Assembly: GCA_045811485.1 (NCBI GenBank)
Contig: JBJMTX010000021.1
Coordinates: forward strand, 18,570 to 82,569
Reading direction: 5' to 3'
Source: Allosphingosinicella sp.
GTDB taxonomy: Bacteria; Pseudomonadota; Alphaproteobacteria; Sphingomonadales; Sphingomonadaceae
DNA: 64,000 bases
Positions 46,819 through 54,979 of this stretch are shown piece by piece; position 1 is the stretch's first letter; the number at the start of each line of letters is the position of its first letter. The translations under genes were made by a program, and so were the position numbers. Under the pieces are notes generated by a model that was not told the DNA's origin, did no database searches, and worked only from the letters and a program-made list of their open reading frames with translations.

Positions 46819-47001
46819 AGGGAGCCATGGCGCCGCCTGCGCGCGCGGCGGAGGCGGGACCAAGCGCGAATGTCCACAAGCCCCCTCGGGTCTCGTTTCG
46901 ACTCGTCGCCCCACGCGCAGCAAGGAGCGTGCCACGACGCATTAGTCCGGGTTGCGATGGTTAAGAGGTTGAAAATGCTGTGCCGTGGCGGGACTCGCGG
47001 G

Positions 47002-47775
47002 TCACCTCAGACGGCTGGCGAGCCGCCACCAGCCTTCCCGGCGGCCGATCGCGGAGGCGGCGGAATCGCGCGCGGCCTCGCTTTCGAACAGACCGAAGCA
47101 GGTCGCGCCGGAGCCCGACATTCGCACCAGCCGCGCCCCCGGCTGGGCTCGGAGGGCGGCGAGCACCTCGCCGATCTCGGGCGCCAGAGCGAGCGCGGGC
47201 GGCTCGAGATCGTTGCCGTCCGTCGCGATCCCCCTCCATCCGGCGAACACCTCGGCCGTCGCGAGCGGCACCCCGGGATTGACGAGGAGGACCGGAGTGC
47301 CTGCGGGCTCGCCCTCGGCGGGTTCGATTATGTCGCCCCGGCCGGTGCCGCGGACGGTTTGGGAGAGGAGGCAGGCGGGCACGTCGGCGCCGAGACGGCG
47401 GGCGAGCGCGAGCATCTCGGCTTCGCCGAGGCCGAGGCCCCACCAGCGGTTCAGAAGCCTCAGCGCCGCCGCCGCGTCGGCTGAGCCGCCGCCGATCCCC
47501 GAGGCCACCGGAAGCCTCTTGTCGAGCGTCAGAGCCGCGCCTCGATCCCCGCCGAGCAGGCGCGCGGCGCGAAGCACGAGATTGTCCTCAGCCGGGCCGA
47601 GCCGGTCGGCGAAGGGGCCGGCGACGGCGAGGCTGAGGCCCTCCCCTTCCTCGACCCGCAACCGATCCCCGTCCTCGCAGAAAGCGAAGAGCGTCTCGAT
47701 ATCGTGGAAGCCGTCCGCCGCCCTTCCCCGCACCCGGAGCGCGAGGTTGATCTTGGCGTAGGCGATCTCCTCCAT
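47002..47775 (-). CDS. ispE: 4-diphosphocytidyl-2C-methyl-D-erythritol kinase
   Basis: AYAKINLAL, PVASGIGGGSADAAA, NDLE and MSGSG motifs. Confidence 0.96.
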   Translation of the reverse strand: MEEIAYAKINLALRVRGRAADGFHDIETLFAFCEDGDRLRVEEGEGLSLAVAGPFADRLGPAEDNLVLRAARLLGGDRGAALTLDKRLPVASGIGGGSADAAAALRLLNRWWGLGLGEAEMLALARRLGADVPACLLSQTVRGTGRGDIIEPAEGEPAGTPVLLVNPGVPLATAEVFAGWRGIATDGNDLEPPALALAPEIGEVLAALRAQPGARLVRMSGSGATCFGLFESEAARDSAASAIGRREGWWRLASRLR

Positions 47776-49445
47776 CAGGGCGCGGCGAGCTCCGGCCTCA
47801 AGCCCGAATCGATCTTGCCGCGAAGCCGCTCGGCGGCGGGGCCTTCGGCATAAGGCAGAGCCGCCCGCCAGGCGTAGCGCGCCTCGTAGCGTCGCCCGGC
47901 GCTGTAATAGGCGTCGCCGAGATGCTCGGCGATGGCGGCGTCGGCAGGCTGGCCCTGCGAGGCGGTCTCGAGCAATTCGATAGCCTTGGGCAGGTCGCCT
48001 CGGACGTAATGGGCCCAGCCGAGCGAATCGGTGATCGCCGAATCGTCGGGCTGGAGCCGGCTCGCCTCGCCGATCATCTTCTCCGCCTCGGCGAGATTCT
48101 CGCGGCGCTCGAGCTCGGAATAACCGAGGAAGTTGAGGACGACGGGCTGGTTGGGGGCGAGCTTCTGGGCCTCGAGCAGGGCCGCCTTGCCCTCGGGCCA
48201 TTGGCCCGCCTGGGTGAGCGCGCTCCCGCGCAGGAGCCAGAGCGCCCATAAGGGCTGAGGCGGCTCGGCCCCGGCCTTGGCGAGATCGAGCGCCTTGCCA
48301 TAGGCCTCGGCCGCTTCCTGATGGCGGTCGGACTGGTTCAGTATGTCGCCGAGCCGGGTCCAGTTGTCGATCTCGGCCGGGGCCTCGGCGGCGGCCCGGC
48401 GGGCCTCGGCGAGCGCCTCGTCGGTGCGTCCGGCCTCGACGAGGATGGTCATCCGGCGGTCGGCGGCGGTGGCGGCGAAGAGATCGTCGCCCCCGACCTT
48501 TGAGAGCGCGTCCAGGGCCGCCTCGTAGCGGCCCTGGCCCGAGAGCAGGTCCGAGGCGATCAGCCAGGTCTCGGCATTGTCGGGGGCGAGGAAGGTGGAG
48601 AGCCGGGCGAAGCTGAGGGCCAGCTGCGGCACCTCCTGGCCGTTGAGATCGAGCGCGATGCGGGTGAGGAGCTCGGCCATGCCCTCCGCCGGCGTGGCGA
48701 TCGCCCCACCGAGGGGCTTGCCCGCCTGGACGCGGCGCCGGGCTTCGGCGAGCGCTTCATCCTCCCCGTCGAGAAGCGCCAGCGCCTGGGCGCGATCGCC
48801 CTTGCGCTCGAGCGCGGTCGCCGCGGCGATCCGGAGCCGCTGGGTGCGGATGGTCGCTTCCTGTATCGCCGGAACGAGCGCCTCGGCGCCTTCGGCGGCC
48901 TTGCCGCGGGCGAGAAGGAGGAGCGGGCGATGCTCGGCCGCGTAGGTGGCGGCGAGCGCGTTGCCCGAGGTTCCGCCGATGAGGGCGAGCGGATCGCCCT
49001 TGCCGCTGCCCTGGGCGAGCCAGGCGCGGAGCAGCGGAGTCATGAACGAGAAGACCTCGTCCTGGTCGAGCCGGTCGATCTGCCGGCTCGCCTCGCGCCA
49101 TTGTTTGGTTCGAAACGCCTCGCCGATCAGGAGAAGGCGGCCGTCGGGCGCGAGCTTGCCCGAGGAATCGAGAAGCTTCGCCGCCTCGAGCGCGAGCGGC
49201 CTGTCGCCCGCCGCGATCGCCTGGGAAAGCGCGCGGCCGGCGAGCACCTCGTTGCCCGGCGCGAGCGCCATCGCCGCCCCGTAGCTCTTCGCCGCCTGCT
49301 CCGCCGCGCCCGAGCTGTCCGCGGCCCGTGCACGGACATATGCGGCGAGCGCCGAGGTCTCGTCGAGGCTCGCGGCGGCGGGGGTGGCGGAAAGAAGGAG
49401 AGCGCCCGATAGCGGGGCGGCCCAAAGCTTACATGTTGGGATAAT
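47775..49445 (-). CDS. Secreted TPR protein, probable AUU start
   Basis: The frame continues 58 codons upstream of the first ATG (49271) through a signal-like segment; GGAGG SD lies 5 nt before ATT at 49445. Confidence 0.85.
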   Translation of the reverse strand: MIPTCKLWAAPLSGALLLSATPAAASLDETSALAAYVRARAADSSGAAEQAAKSYGAAMALAPGNEVLAGRALSQAIAAGDRPLALEAAKLLDSSGKLAPDGRLLLIGEAFRTKQWREASRQIDRLDQDEVFSFMTPLLRAWLAQGSGKGDPLALIGGTSGNALAATYAAEHRPLLLLARGKAAEGAEALVPAIQEATIRTQRLRIAAATALERKGDRAQALALLDGEDEALAEARRRVQAGKPLGGAIATPAEGMAELLTRIALDLNGQEVPQLALSFARLSTFLAPDNAETWLIASDLLSGQGRYEAALDALSKVGGDDLFAATAADRRMTILVEAGRTDEALAEARRAAAEAPAEIDNWTRLGDILNQSDRHQEAAEAYGKALDLAKAGAEPPQPLWALWLLRGSALTQAGQWPEGKAALLEAQKLAPNQPVVLNFLGYSELERRENLAEAEKMIGEASRLQPDDSAITDSLGWAHYVRGDLPKAIELLETASQGQPADAAIAEHLGDAYYSAGRRYEARYAWRAALPYAEGPAAERLRGKIDSGLRPELAAP

Positions 49446-51075
49446 TCGGCCCTCCTCCGCCTTCCGGGACGACCCAATTGATGTTCTGGGTCGGGTCCTT
49501 GATGTCGCACGTCTTGCAGTGGACGCAATTCTGGGCGTTGATCTGGAGGCGGGTGCGGCCGCCTTCCTCGACGAACTCGTAGACTCCGGCCGGACAGTAT
49601 CTCTGCTCGGGCCCGTCGTAGAGCGGGAGGTTGATCTCGGTCGGGATCGCCGGGTCCTTCAGCGTCAGGTGGACCGGCTGGTCCTCCTCGTGATTGGTGT
49701 TCGAGATGAACACCGAGGACAGCCGGTCGAAGCTGATCACCCCGTCCGGCTTGGGATAGGCGATCGGCGGCACCAGGTCCTTGCGGTAGAGCGTCTCGCT
49801 GTCCGCATGGTGGCGAAGCGTGAACGGCAATCCGATCCTGAGGGTCCGCATCCACATGTCGATTCCGGCGAGCAGGGTGCCCATCGTTCCGCCGAAGCGG
49901 GCGACCAGCGGCTCGACGTTGCGCACCGTCTTAAGCTCGGTCGCTATCCAGCTGTTCCTCAAAGACTCTTCGTAAGCCGCGAGCTCGTCGCCGCCGCGCT
50001 CCGCGGCGATCGCCGCGAAGGCGGCCTCGGCGGCGAGCATTCCCGATTTCATCGCCGTGTGGCTGCCCTTGATCCGGGGCACGTTGACGAAGCCGGCGGC
50101 GCAGCCGATCAGCGCCCCGCCCGGGAAGGCGAGCTTCGGCACGGCCTGCCAGCCGCCCTCGTTGATCGCCCGGGCGCCGTAGCTGACCCGGCGGCCGCCC
50201 TCCAATATCTCGCGGATCGCCGGATGCTGCTTCCAGCGCTGGAACTCCTCGAACGGCGAGAGATGCGGGTTGCGGTAGTTGAGCGCCACCACGAAGCCGA
50301 GCGCGACCTGATTGTTCTCCTGATGGTAAAGGAAGCCGCCGCCCCAGGCGTCGTCGAGCGGCCAGCCCTGGGTGTGGATGACCCGGCCTGGGCAATGCTT
50401 GGCCGGCTCGATGTCCCACAGCTCCTTGAGGCCGATTCCGTAGACCTGCGGCTCGCTCTCGCGGTCAAGGTCGAAGGTCCGCCTTATCTGCTTGGTGAGA
50501 TGGCCTCGGGCGCCCTCGGCGAAGAAGGTGTAGCGGCCGTGAAGCTCCATTCCCGGCTGGTAGTCAGGCTTGTGGGTGCCGTCGTATGCGACTCCCATGT
50601 CGCCGGTGGCAACTCCCTTGACCGAGCCGTCATCGTTGAACAGCACTTCCGCCGCCGCGAAGCCGGGGAAGATCTCGACTCCGAGCGCTTCCGCCTGACC
50701 CGCCAGCCAGCGACAGAAATTGCCGAGGCTGACCGTATAGGTGCCCTTGTTGTTCATGAAGGGCGGCATCATCAGGTGCGGCATCGAATATTTCTTGCGC
50801 TCGGTGAGCACCCAATGGTGGTTCTCGACCACCGGCACGGTGAGCGGGCTGCCGAGCTCGCGCCAATTGGGGATCAGCTCGTCGATCGCGCGCGGATCGA
50901 CCACCGCGCCGGAGAGGATATGGGCGCCGACCTCCGAGCCTTTCTCGAGGATGCAGACGCTGAGCTCGCGGCCCGCTTCGTCGGCGAGCTGCTTGAGCCG
51001 GATGGCGGCGGCGAGGCCGGCCGGGCCGGCGCCGACGATCACCACATCGTACGGCATCGACTCGCGTTCGGACAT
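49429..51075 (-). CDS. Electron transfer flavoprotein-ubiquinone oxidoreductase
   Basis: GAGPAG, HILSGA, YCPAGVYE and CVHCKTC motifs. Confidence 0.97.
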   Translation of the reverse strand: MSERESMPYDVVIVGAGPAGLAAAIRLKQLADEAGRELSVCILEKGSEVGAHILSGAVVDPRAIDELIPNWRELGSPLTVPVVENHHWVLTERKKYSMPHLMMPPFMNNKGTYTVSLGNFCRWLAGQAEALGVEIFPGFAAAEVLFNDDGSVKGVATGDMGVAYDGTHKPDYQPGMELHGRYTFFAEGARGHLTKQIRRTFDLDRESEPQVYGIGLKELWDIEPAKHCPGRVIHTQGWPLDDAWGGGFLYHQENNQVALGFVVALNYRNPHLSPFEEFQRWKQHPAIREILEGGRRVSYGARAINEGGWQAVPKLAFPGGALIGCAAGFVNVPRIKGSHTAMKSGMLAAEAAFAAIAAERGGDELAAYEESLRNSWIATELKTVRNVEPLVARFGGTMGTLLAGIDMWMRTLRIGLPFTLRHHADSETLYRKDLVPPIAYPKPDGVISFDRLSSVFISNTNHEEDQPVHLTLKDPAIPTEINLPLYDGPEQRYCPAGVYEFVEEGGRTRLQINAQNCVHCKTCDIKDPTQNINWVVPEGGGGPNYPNM

Positions 51076-51215
51076 CCAGGCGCTCCCTTGGCGACGCCGC
51101 CCGCAACTCGCGTCGTCGCAGGCAGCCAACGACTGGCAGATAGATAGAGATTTCAGGGTTGACCAGCCCGGCCCGAGCCGACTCCATTGCGATCGTGGAG
51201 CGGGGAAGCGACCCA

Positions 51216-51926
51216 ATGACGCCGGCGGACGCGGCAAGCGTCCTGCAATGGTGGAGCGAGGCGGGCGTCGACACGCTCGTCGAGGAGGCCCCGCGCGACT
51301 GGCTGCGGCCGACGACGCCGGAGCCGGCCCGCTCGGCGGCGCCCGCCGCACCCGAGGCGCCCGCCGTCGAGTGGCCGGGCCAGCTCGACCTCTTCCGGGC
51401 GTGGCTGTCCAGCTCGGACGCCGTCCCCCTCGCCTCTCCCGCCGCGCCGCGGATCTGCCCGGAGGGCGATCCCGCCTCGGGACTGATGATCGTCGCCGAC
51501 ATGCCCTCGGGCGAGGATTGCTCGGCGGGCACATTGATCAGCGGCGAGTCAGGGCGGCTGTTCGACCGGATGCTCGCCGCGATCGGGCGAGAACGGGGCA
51601 GCATCTATCTCGCCGCCCTCTCCTGCATCCGCTCGCCCTCGGGGCAGCTCAACGACGCGGCGGCGCGGGGCTGCGCGGCGCTCGCCCGCCATCATGTCGG
51701 GCTGGTGGCGCCGAAAGCTTTGCTTCTTTTCGGCGACGCCTGCGCCAAGCCCCTGCTCGGCCTCTCGGTGCCGCAGGCGCGCGGTCGCTGGCACGAGCTC
51801 GCCACCCACGCCGGGCCGGTCAAGACTTTGGCAACCTTCGCGCCCCGACAATTGCTGGAGGCGCCGCGGCTCAAGCCGCACGCCTGGGCCGACCTCCAGA
51901 TGCTGATCGAAGAGGTACAGACATGA
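51216..51926 (+). CDS. Uracil-DNA glycosylase family-4-like protein with divergent motifs
   Basis: SG.LFDRML.AIG and LLLFG motifs; typical N-terminal WW.EAGVD segment. Confidence 0.8.
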   Translation: MTPADAASVLQWWSEAGVDTLVEEAPRDWLRPTTPEPARSAAPAAPEAPAVEWPGQLDLFRAWLSSSDAVPLASPAAPRICPEGDPASGLMIVADMPSGEDCSAGTLISGESGRLFDRMLAAIGRERGSIYLAALSCIRSPSGQLNDAAARGCAALARHHVGLVAPKALLLFGDACAKPLLGLSVPQARGRWHELATHAGPVKTLATFAPRQLLEAPRLKPHAWADLQMLIEEVQT

Positions 51927-53674
51927 TCAAGCTCCGACCGCTTCTGCTCGCCGCCGCGCTCGCCTTGCCCGCCGCTCCGGCCTTCGCCGACGACGCGGCA
52001 TCGGCAGCGCCGTCCTCCTCGCTGAGCGCGGCCGAGCGCAGCCTCTATCGCGACGTCTTCGCAGCGATCCGCGCCGGCGACTGGGCGGGCGCGTCGGCGA
52101 GGCTCGATTCGATGCCGGGCGGAGCGCTCGACAATGTCGCCCGGGCCGAGCTCTATCTCGCCAAGGGCTCGCCGCGAGTCGAATTACCCCAGATCATGGC
52201 CGTGCTCGAGCGGGCGCCGGAGCTTCCCAAGGCCGACCAGCTCGCCCGCCTGGCGCAGAGCCGGGGCGCGACGGACCTTCCCGCCCTTCCCCAGGCCCAG
52301 ACGCTGCTGTGGGTCGGAAGCCAGCCGCGGCGCGAGCGCGCGGAGTCGACCAGGAACGATCCCGTCGCCGGCGAGATCGAGCCGAGGGTCCAGCCGCTGA
52401 TCAAGGACAACCGGCCTTTCGAGGCGGAGACGGCGTTCCTCGAGCGCCAGGACGCTCTCGGCCCCGACGCCCGAACCGAATTCCAGCAGCGCCTCGCCTG
52501 GTCCTATTACACGATCGGAAGCGACAGGGACGCCCGTCGGCTTGCCGCCCTCGCCCGCGCCGGAACCGGCGACTGGGCGATCCAGGGCGCCTGGACGGAA
52601 GGTCTCGCCGCCTGGCGGCAGGACGATTGCAAGGCCGCGGCGGACGCATTCGATTTCGTCGCCGGGCGCTCGAGCGACGTCGAGCTCAACGCCGCCGCGC
52701 ATTACTGGGCGGCGCGCGCCGAGATGATGTGCGGCCGTCCGGAGCGGGTTCAGGCCCATCTGCGCTCCGCCGCCCGCCAGAAGGAGACCTTCTACGGCCT
52801 CCTCGCCGTCACCGCGCTCGGAATTCGCGGCCGCGAGGCGACCGGCCTCCACGATTATCGCGACTCGGAATGGCGGAGCGTCGCGGGCAAGCCCAATGTC
52901 CGCGCCGCGCTCGCGCTGGCCGAGATCGGCGAGACCGACCTCGCGGACCAGTTCATCCGCTACCAGGCGCGGATCGGCGGCCCGGCCGACCACAATGCCC
53001 TCCTCCACCTCGCCGCCGACCTCAATCTCGCCTCGACCCAATACTGGCTCGCCCACAACGCGCCGCGCGGGGCGAGCGTCAATTTTGCCGCCCGCTATCC
53101 GCGCCCCGACTGGCAGCCGACTCGGGGCTGGCGGGTCGATCCTTCGCTCGCTTTCGCCCACGCCCTGCAGGAGTCGAATTTCCGCACGTCGGTGGTGAGC
53201 CCGGCCGGAGCGGTCGGGCTGATGCAGGTTCGGCCCGGAACCGCCGGCGACATTGCCCGCGCGCGCGGCGAGGCGTTCGACAGCCGGATGCTGACCAGCC
53301 CGGCCGCGAACATCGAGTTCGGCCAGAGCTACATAGAAAGCCTTCGCGACAACGGCGCCACCGGCGGCCTGCTCCCCAAGGTGATCGCCGCCTACAATGC
53401 CGGCCCGGTGCCGGTCGCCGAATGGAACAGCCGCCGCTTCGACCGCGGCGATCCCCTGCTCTACATCGAGTCGCTGCCTTATTGGGAGACTCGCGGCTAC
53501 GTCCCGATCGTCCTGCGGAACTACTGGATCTACGAGGAGGAGGCGGGGAAGACGGGCCCGAGCCGGGCCGCGCTGGCGCAGGGCATGTGGCCGAGATTCC
53601 CGGGCATGGCGGGAGCGACCGCCGTGCGGCTCATGGCGGACGAGACGAAGCTGGCCTCCCGCGAGGGCGAATAG
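51923..53674 (+). CDS. Lytic transglycosylase (SLT domain)
   Basis: Signal peptide; QESNF, GAVGLMQV, AAYNAG and ETRGYV motifs. Confidence 0.95.
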   Translation: MIKLRPLLLAAALALPAAPAFADDAASAAPSSSLSAAERSLYRDVFAAIRAGDWAGASARLDSMPGGALDNVARAELYLAKGSPRVELPQIMAVLERAPELPKADQLARLAQSRGATDLPALPQAQTLLWVGSQPRRERAESTRNDPVAGEIEPRVQPLIKDNRPFEAETAFLERQDALGPDARTEFQQRLAWSYYTIGSDRDARRLAALARAGTGDWAIQGAWTEGLAAWRQDDCKAAADAFDFVAGRSSDVELNAAAHYWAARAEMMCGRPERVQAHLRSAARQKETFYGLLAVTALGIRGREATGLHDYRDSEWRSVAGKPNVRAALALAEIGETDLADQFIRYQARIGGPADHNALLHLAADLNLASTQYWLAHNAPRGASVNFAARYPRPDWQPTRGWRVDPSLAFAHALQESNFRTSVVSPAGAVGLMQVRPGTAGDIARARGEAFDSRMLTSPAANIEFGQSYIESLRDNGATGGLLPKVIAAYNAGPVPVAEWNSRRFDRGDPLLYIESLPYWETRGYVPIVLRNYWIYEEEAGKTGPSRAALAQGMWPRFPGMAGATAVRLMADETKLASREGE

Positions 53675-53677
53675 CCC

Positions 53678-53768
53678 CGTCATTGCGAGCGGAGCGAAGC
53701 AATCCAGCGTCGGCATTTGTCGCAACCGCTGAGCTGGATGCCGCGTCGCTTCACTCCTCGCAATGACG
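53678..53768. repeat. CGTC-tagged palindromic dimer (family B)
   Basis: CGTCATTGCGAGCGGAGCGAAGCAATCCAG...CTGGATGCCGCGTCGCTTCACTCCTCGCAATGACG. Confidence 0.92.
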
Positions 53769-53769
53769 G

Positions 53770-53784
53770 GTTCTTGATCTGTTC
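53770..53784 (+). promoter_or_regulatory. Alphaproteobacterial LexA (SOS) box
   Basis: GTTC-TTGATCT-GTTC, an exact GTTC-N7-GTTC match, 24 nt before the start codon. Confidence 0.75.
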
Positions 53785-53808
53785 CACGTGTAACGCTATA
53801 GCGGCCCC

Positions 53809-54885
53809 ATGCCCCGTCCCGACGTCCATCACGGCCGCGGCGCGCCCGAGAATCGGACGCCGACGCGCTTCAACCTGCGGGTTCGCGAGGCCGACGGCGA
53901 CTGGCTCGACGCGCGCGACGAGGTGGACGATGGGCCGCCGCCGCTTCGAACCACGGTCACCGTCGAGAAGCCCAAGACGATCATTGCGTGGAACCGCTCG
54001 CCGGACATCGGCTTCGACCGCTCGATCAATAGCTACCGGGGCTGCGAGCATGGCTGCATCTATTGCTTCGCCAGGCCCACCCATGCCTTCCACGATCTCT
54101 CGCCCGGGCTCGACTTCGAGACCAAGCTGTTCGCCAAGCCGGACGCGGCGAAGATCCTGCGCGAGGAACTGGCCAAGCCGGGCTACGCCGTGCGGCCGAT
54201 GGCTCTGGGCACCAACACCGATCCCTACCAGCCGATCGAGGGCAAATGGCGGATCACCCGGTCGGTGCTCGAGGTGCTCGCCGAAACGAAGCATCCGGTG
54301 ACGATCACCACCAAGTCGGACCGGGTGCTCCGGGACCTCGACATATTGGCGCCGATGGCGGCGCAGGGGCTGGCGTCGGTCGCCTTGTCGGTGACCTCAT
54401 TGACGCCGGAAATCTCGCGCACCCTCGAGCCGCGGGCACCGGCCGGGCGCAAGCGGATTGCGGCGGTGAAGGCGCTGGCCGGGGCCGGAGTGCCGGCCCA
54501 TGTCGCGATCGCCCCGGTCATCCCCGGGATCACCGACCATGAGGTCGAGCATATCGTCGAGGCGGCGGCGGAGGCCGGGGCGATCGGCGCCTTCTTCCTC
54601 CCCGTCCGCCTTCCCCACGAGGTCGCGCCGCTGTTCCGGGCGTGGCTCGACGAGCATTTCCCCGACCGCGCCGACAAGGTGATGAACATCATCCGGGCCA
54701 TGCGCGGAGGGAAGGACAATGACCCCAACTGGTTCACGAGGATGCAGGGCTCCGGACCGTGGGCCGAGCTGATGCGGGTCAGGTTCGAGGTGGCGGCGAA
54801 GAAACACGGGCTGAACCGGGAGAAGAGGAAGCTTCGCTGCGATCTGTTCGAGCCCCCGCAGGGGCCGCAGCTGAGATTGCTTTGA
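53809..54885 (+). CDS. PA0069/SplB-like radical SAM protein
   Basis: NSYRGCEHGCIYCFAR, GTNTDPYQP and LEPRA motifs. Confidence 0.93.
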   Translation: MPRPDVHHGRGAPENRTPTRFNLRVREADGDWLDARDEVDDGPPPLRTTVTVEKPKTIIAWNRSPDIGFDRSINSYRGCEHGCIYCFARPTHAFHDLSPGLDFETKLFAKPDAAKILREELAKPGYAVRPMALGTNTDPYQPIEGKWRITRSVLEVLAETKHPVTITTKSDRVLRDLDILAPMAAQGLASVALSVTSLTPEISRTLEPRAPAGRKRIAAVKALAGAGVPAHVAIAPVIPGITDHEVEHIVEAAAEAGAIGAFFLPVRLPHEVAPLFRAWLDEHFPDRADKVMNIIRAMRGGKDNDPNWFTRMQGSGPWAELMRVRFEVAAKKHGLNREKRKLRCDLFEPPQGPQLRLL

Positions 54886-54886
54886 C

Positions 54887-54977
54887 CGTCATTGCGAGCG
54901 GAGCGAAGCAATCCAGTCCGGCCTATATCGCAAGCGCTGCGCTGGATTGCCGCGTCGCTTCGCTCCTCGCAATGACG
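54887..54977. repeat. CGTC-tagged palindromic dimer (family B)
   Basis: CGTCATTGCGAGCGGAGCGAAGCAATCCAG...CTGGATTGCCGCGTCGCTTCGCTCCTCGCAATGACG. Confidence 0.93.
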
Positions 54978-54979
54978 GG

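Noticed and set aside
46740-46877. Extended N-terminus of the enoyl-CoA hydratase as given in the ORF track
   Set aside because: It crosses a strong terminator and has no crotonase-like sequence; kept only as part of the sRNA/leader hypothesis.
6897-54977. CRISPR array interpretation of the recurring palindromes
   Set aside because: The copies are dispersed inverted dimers, not regularly spaced direct repeats, and no cas genes are present.
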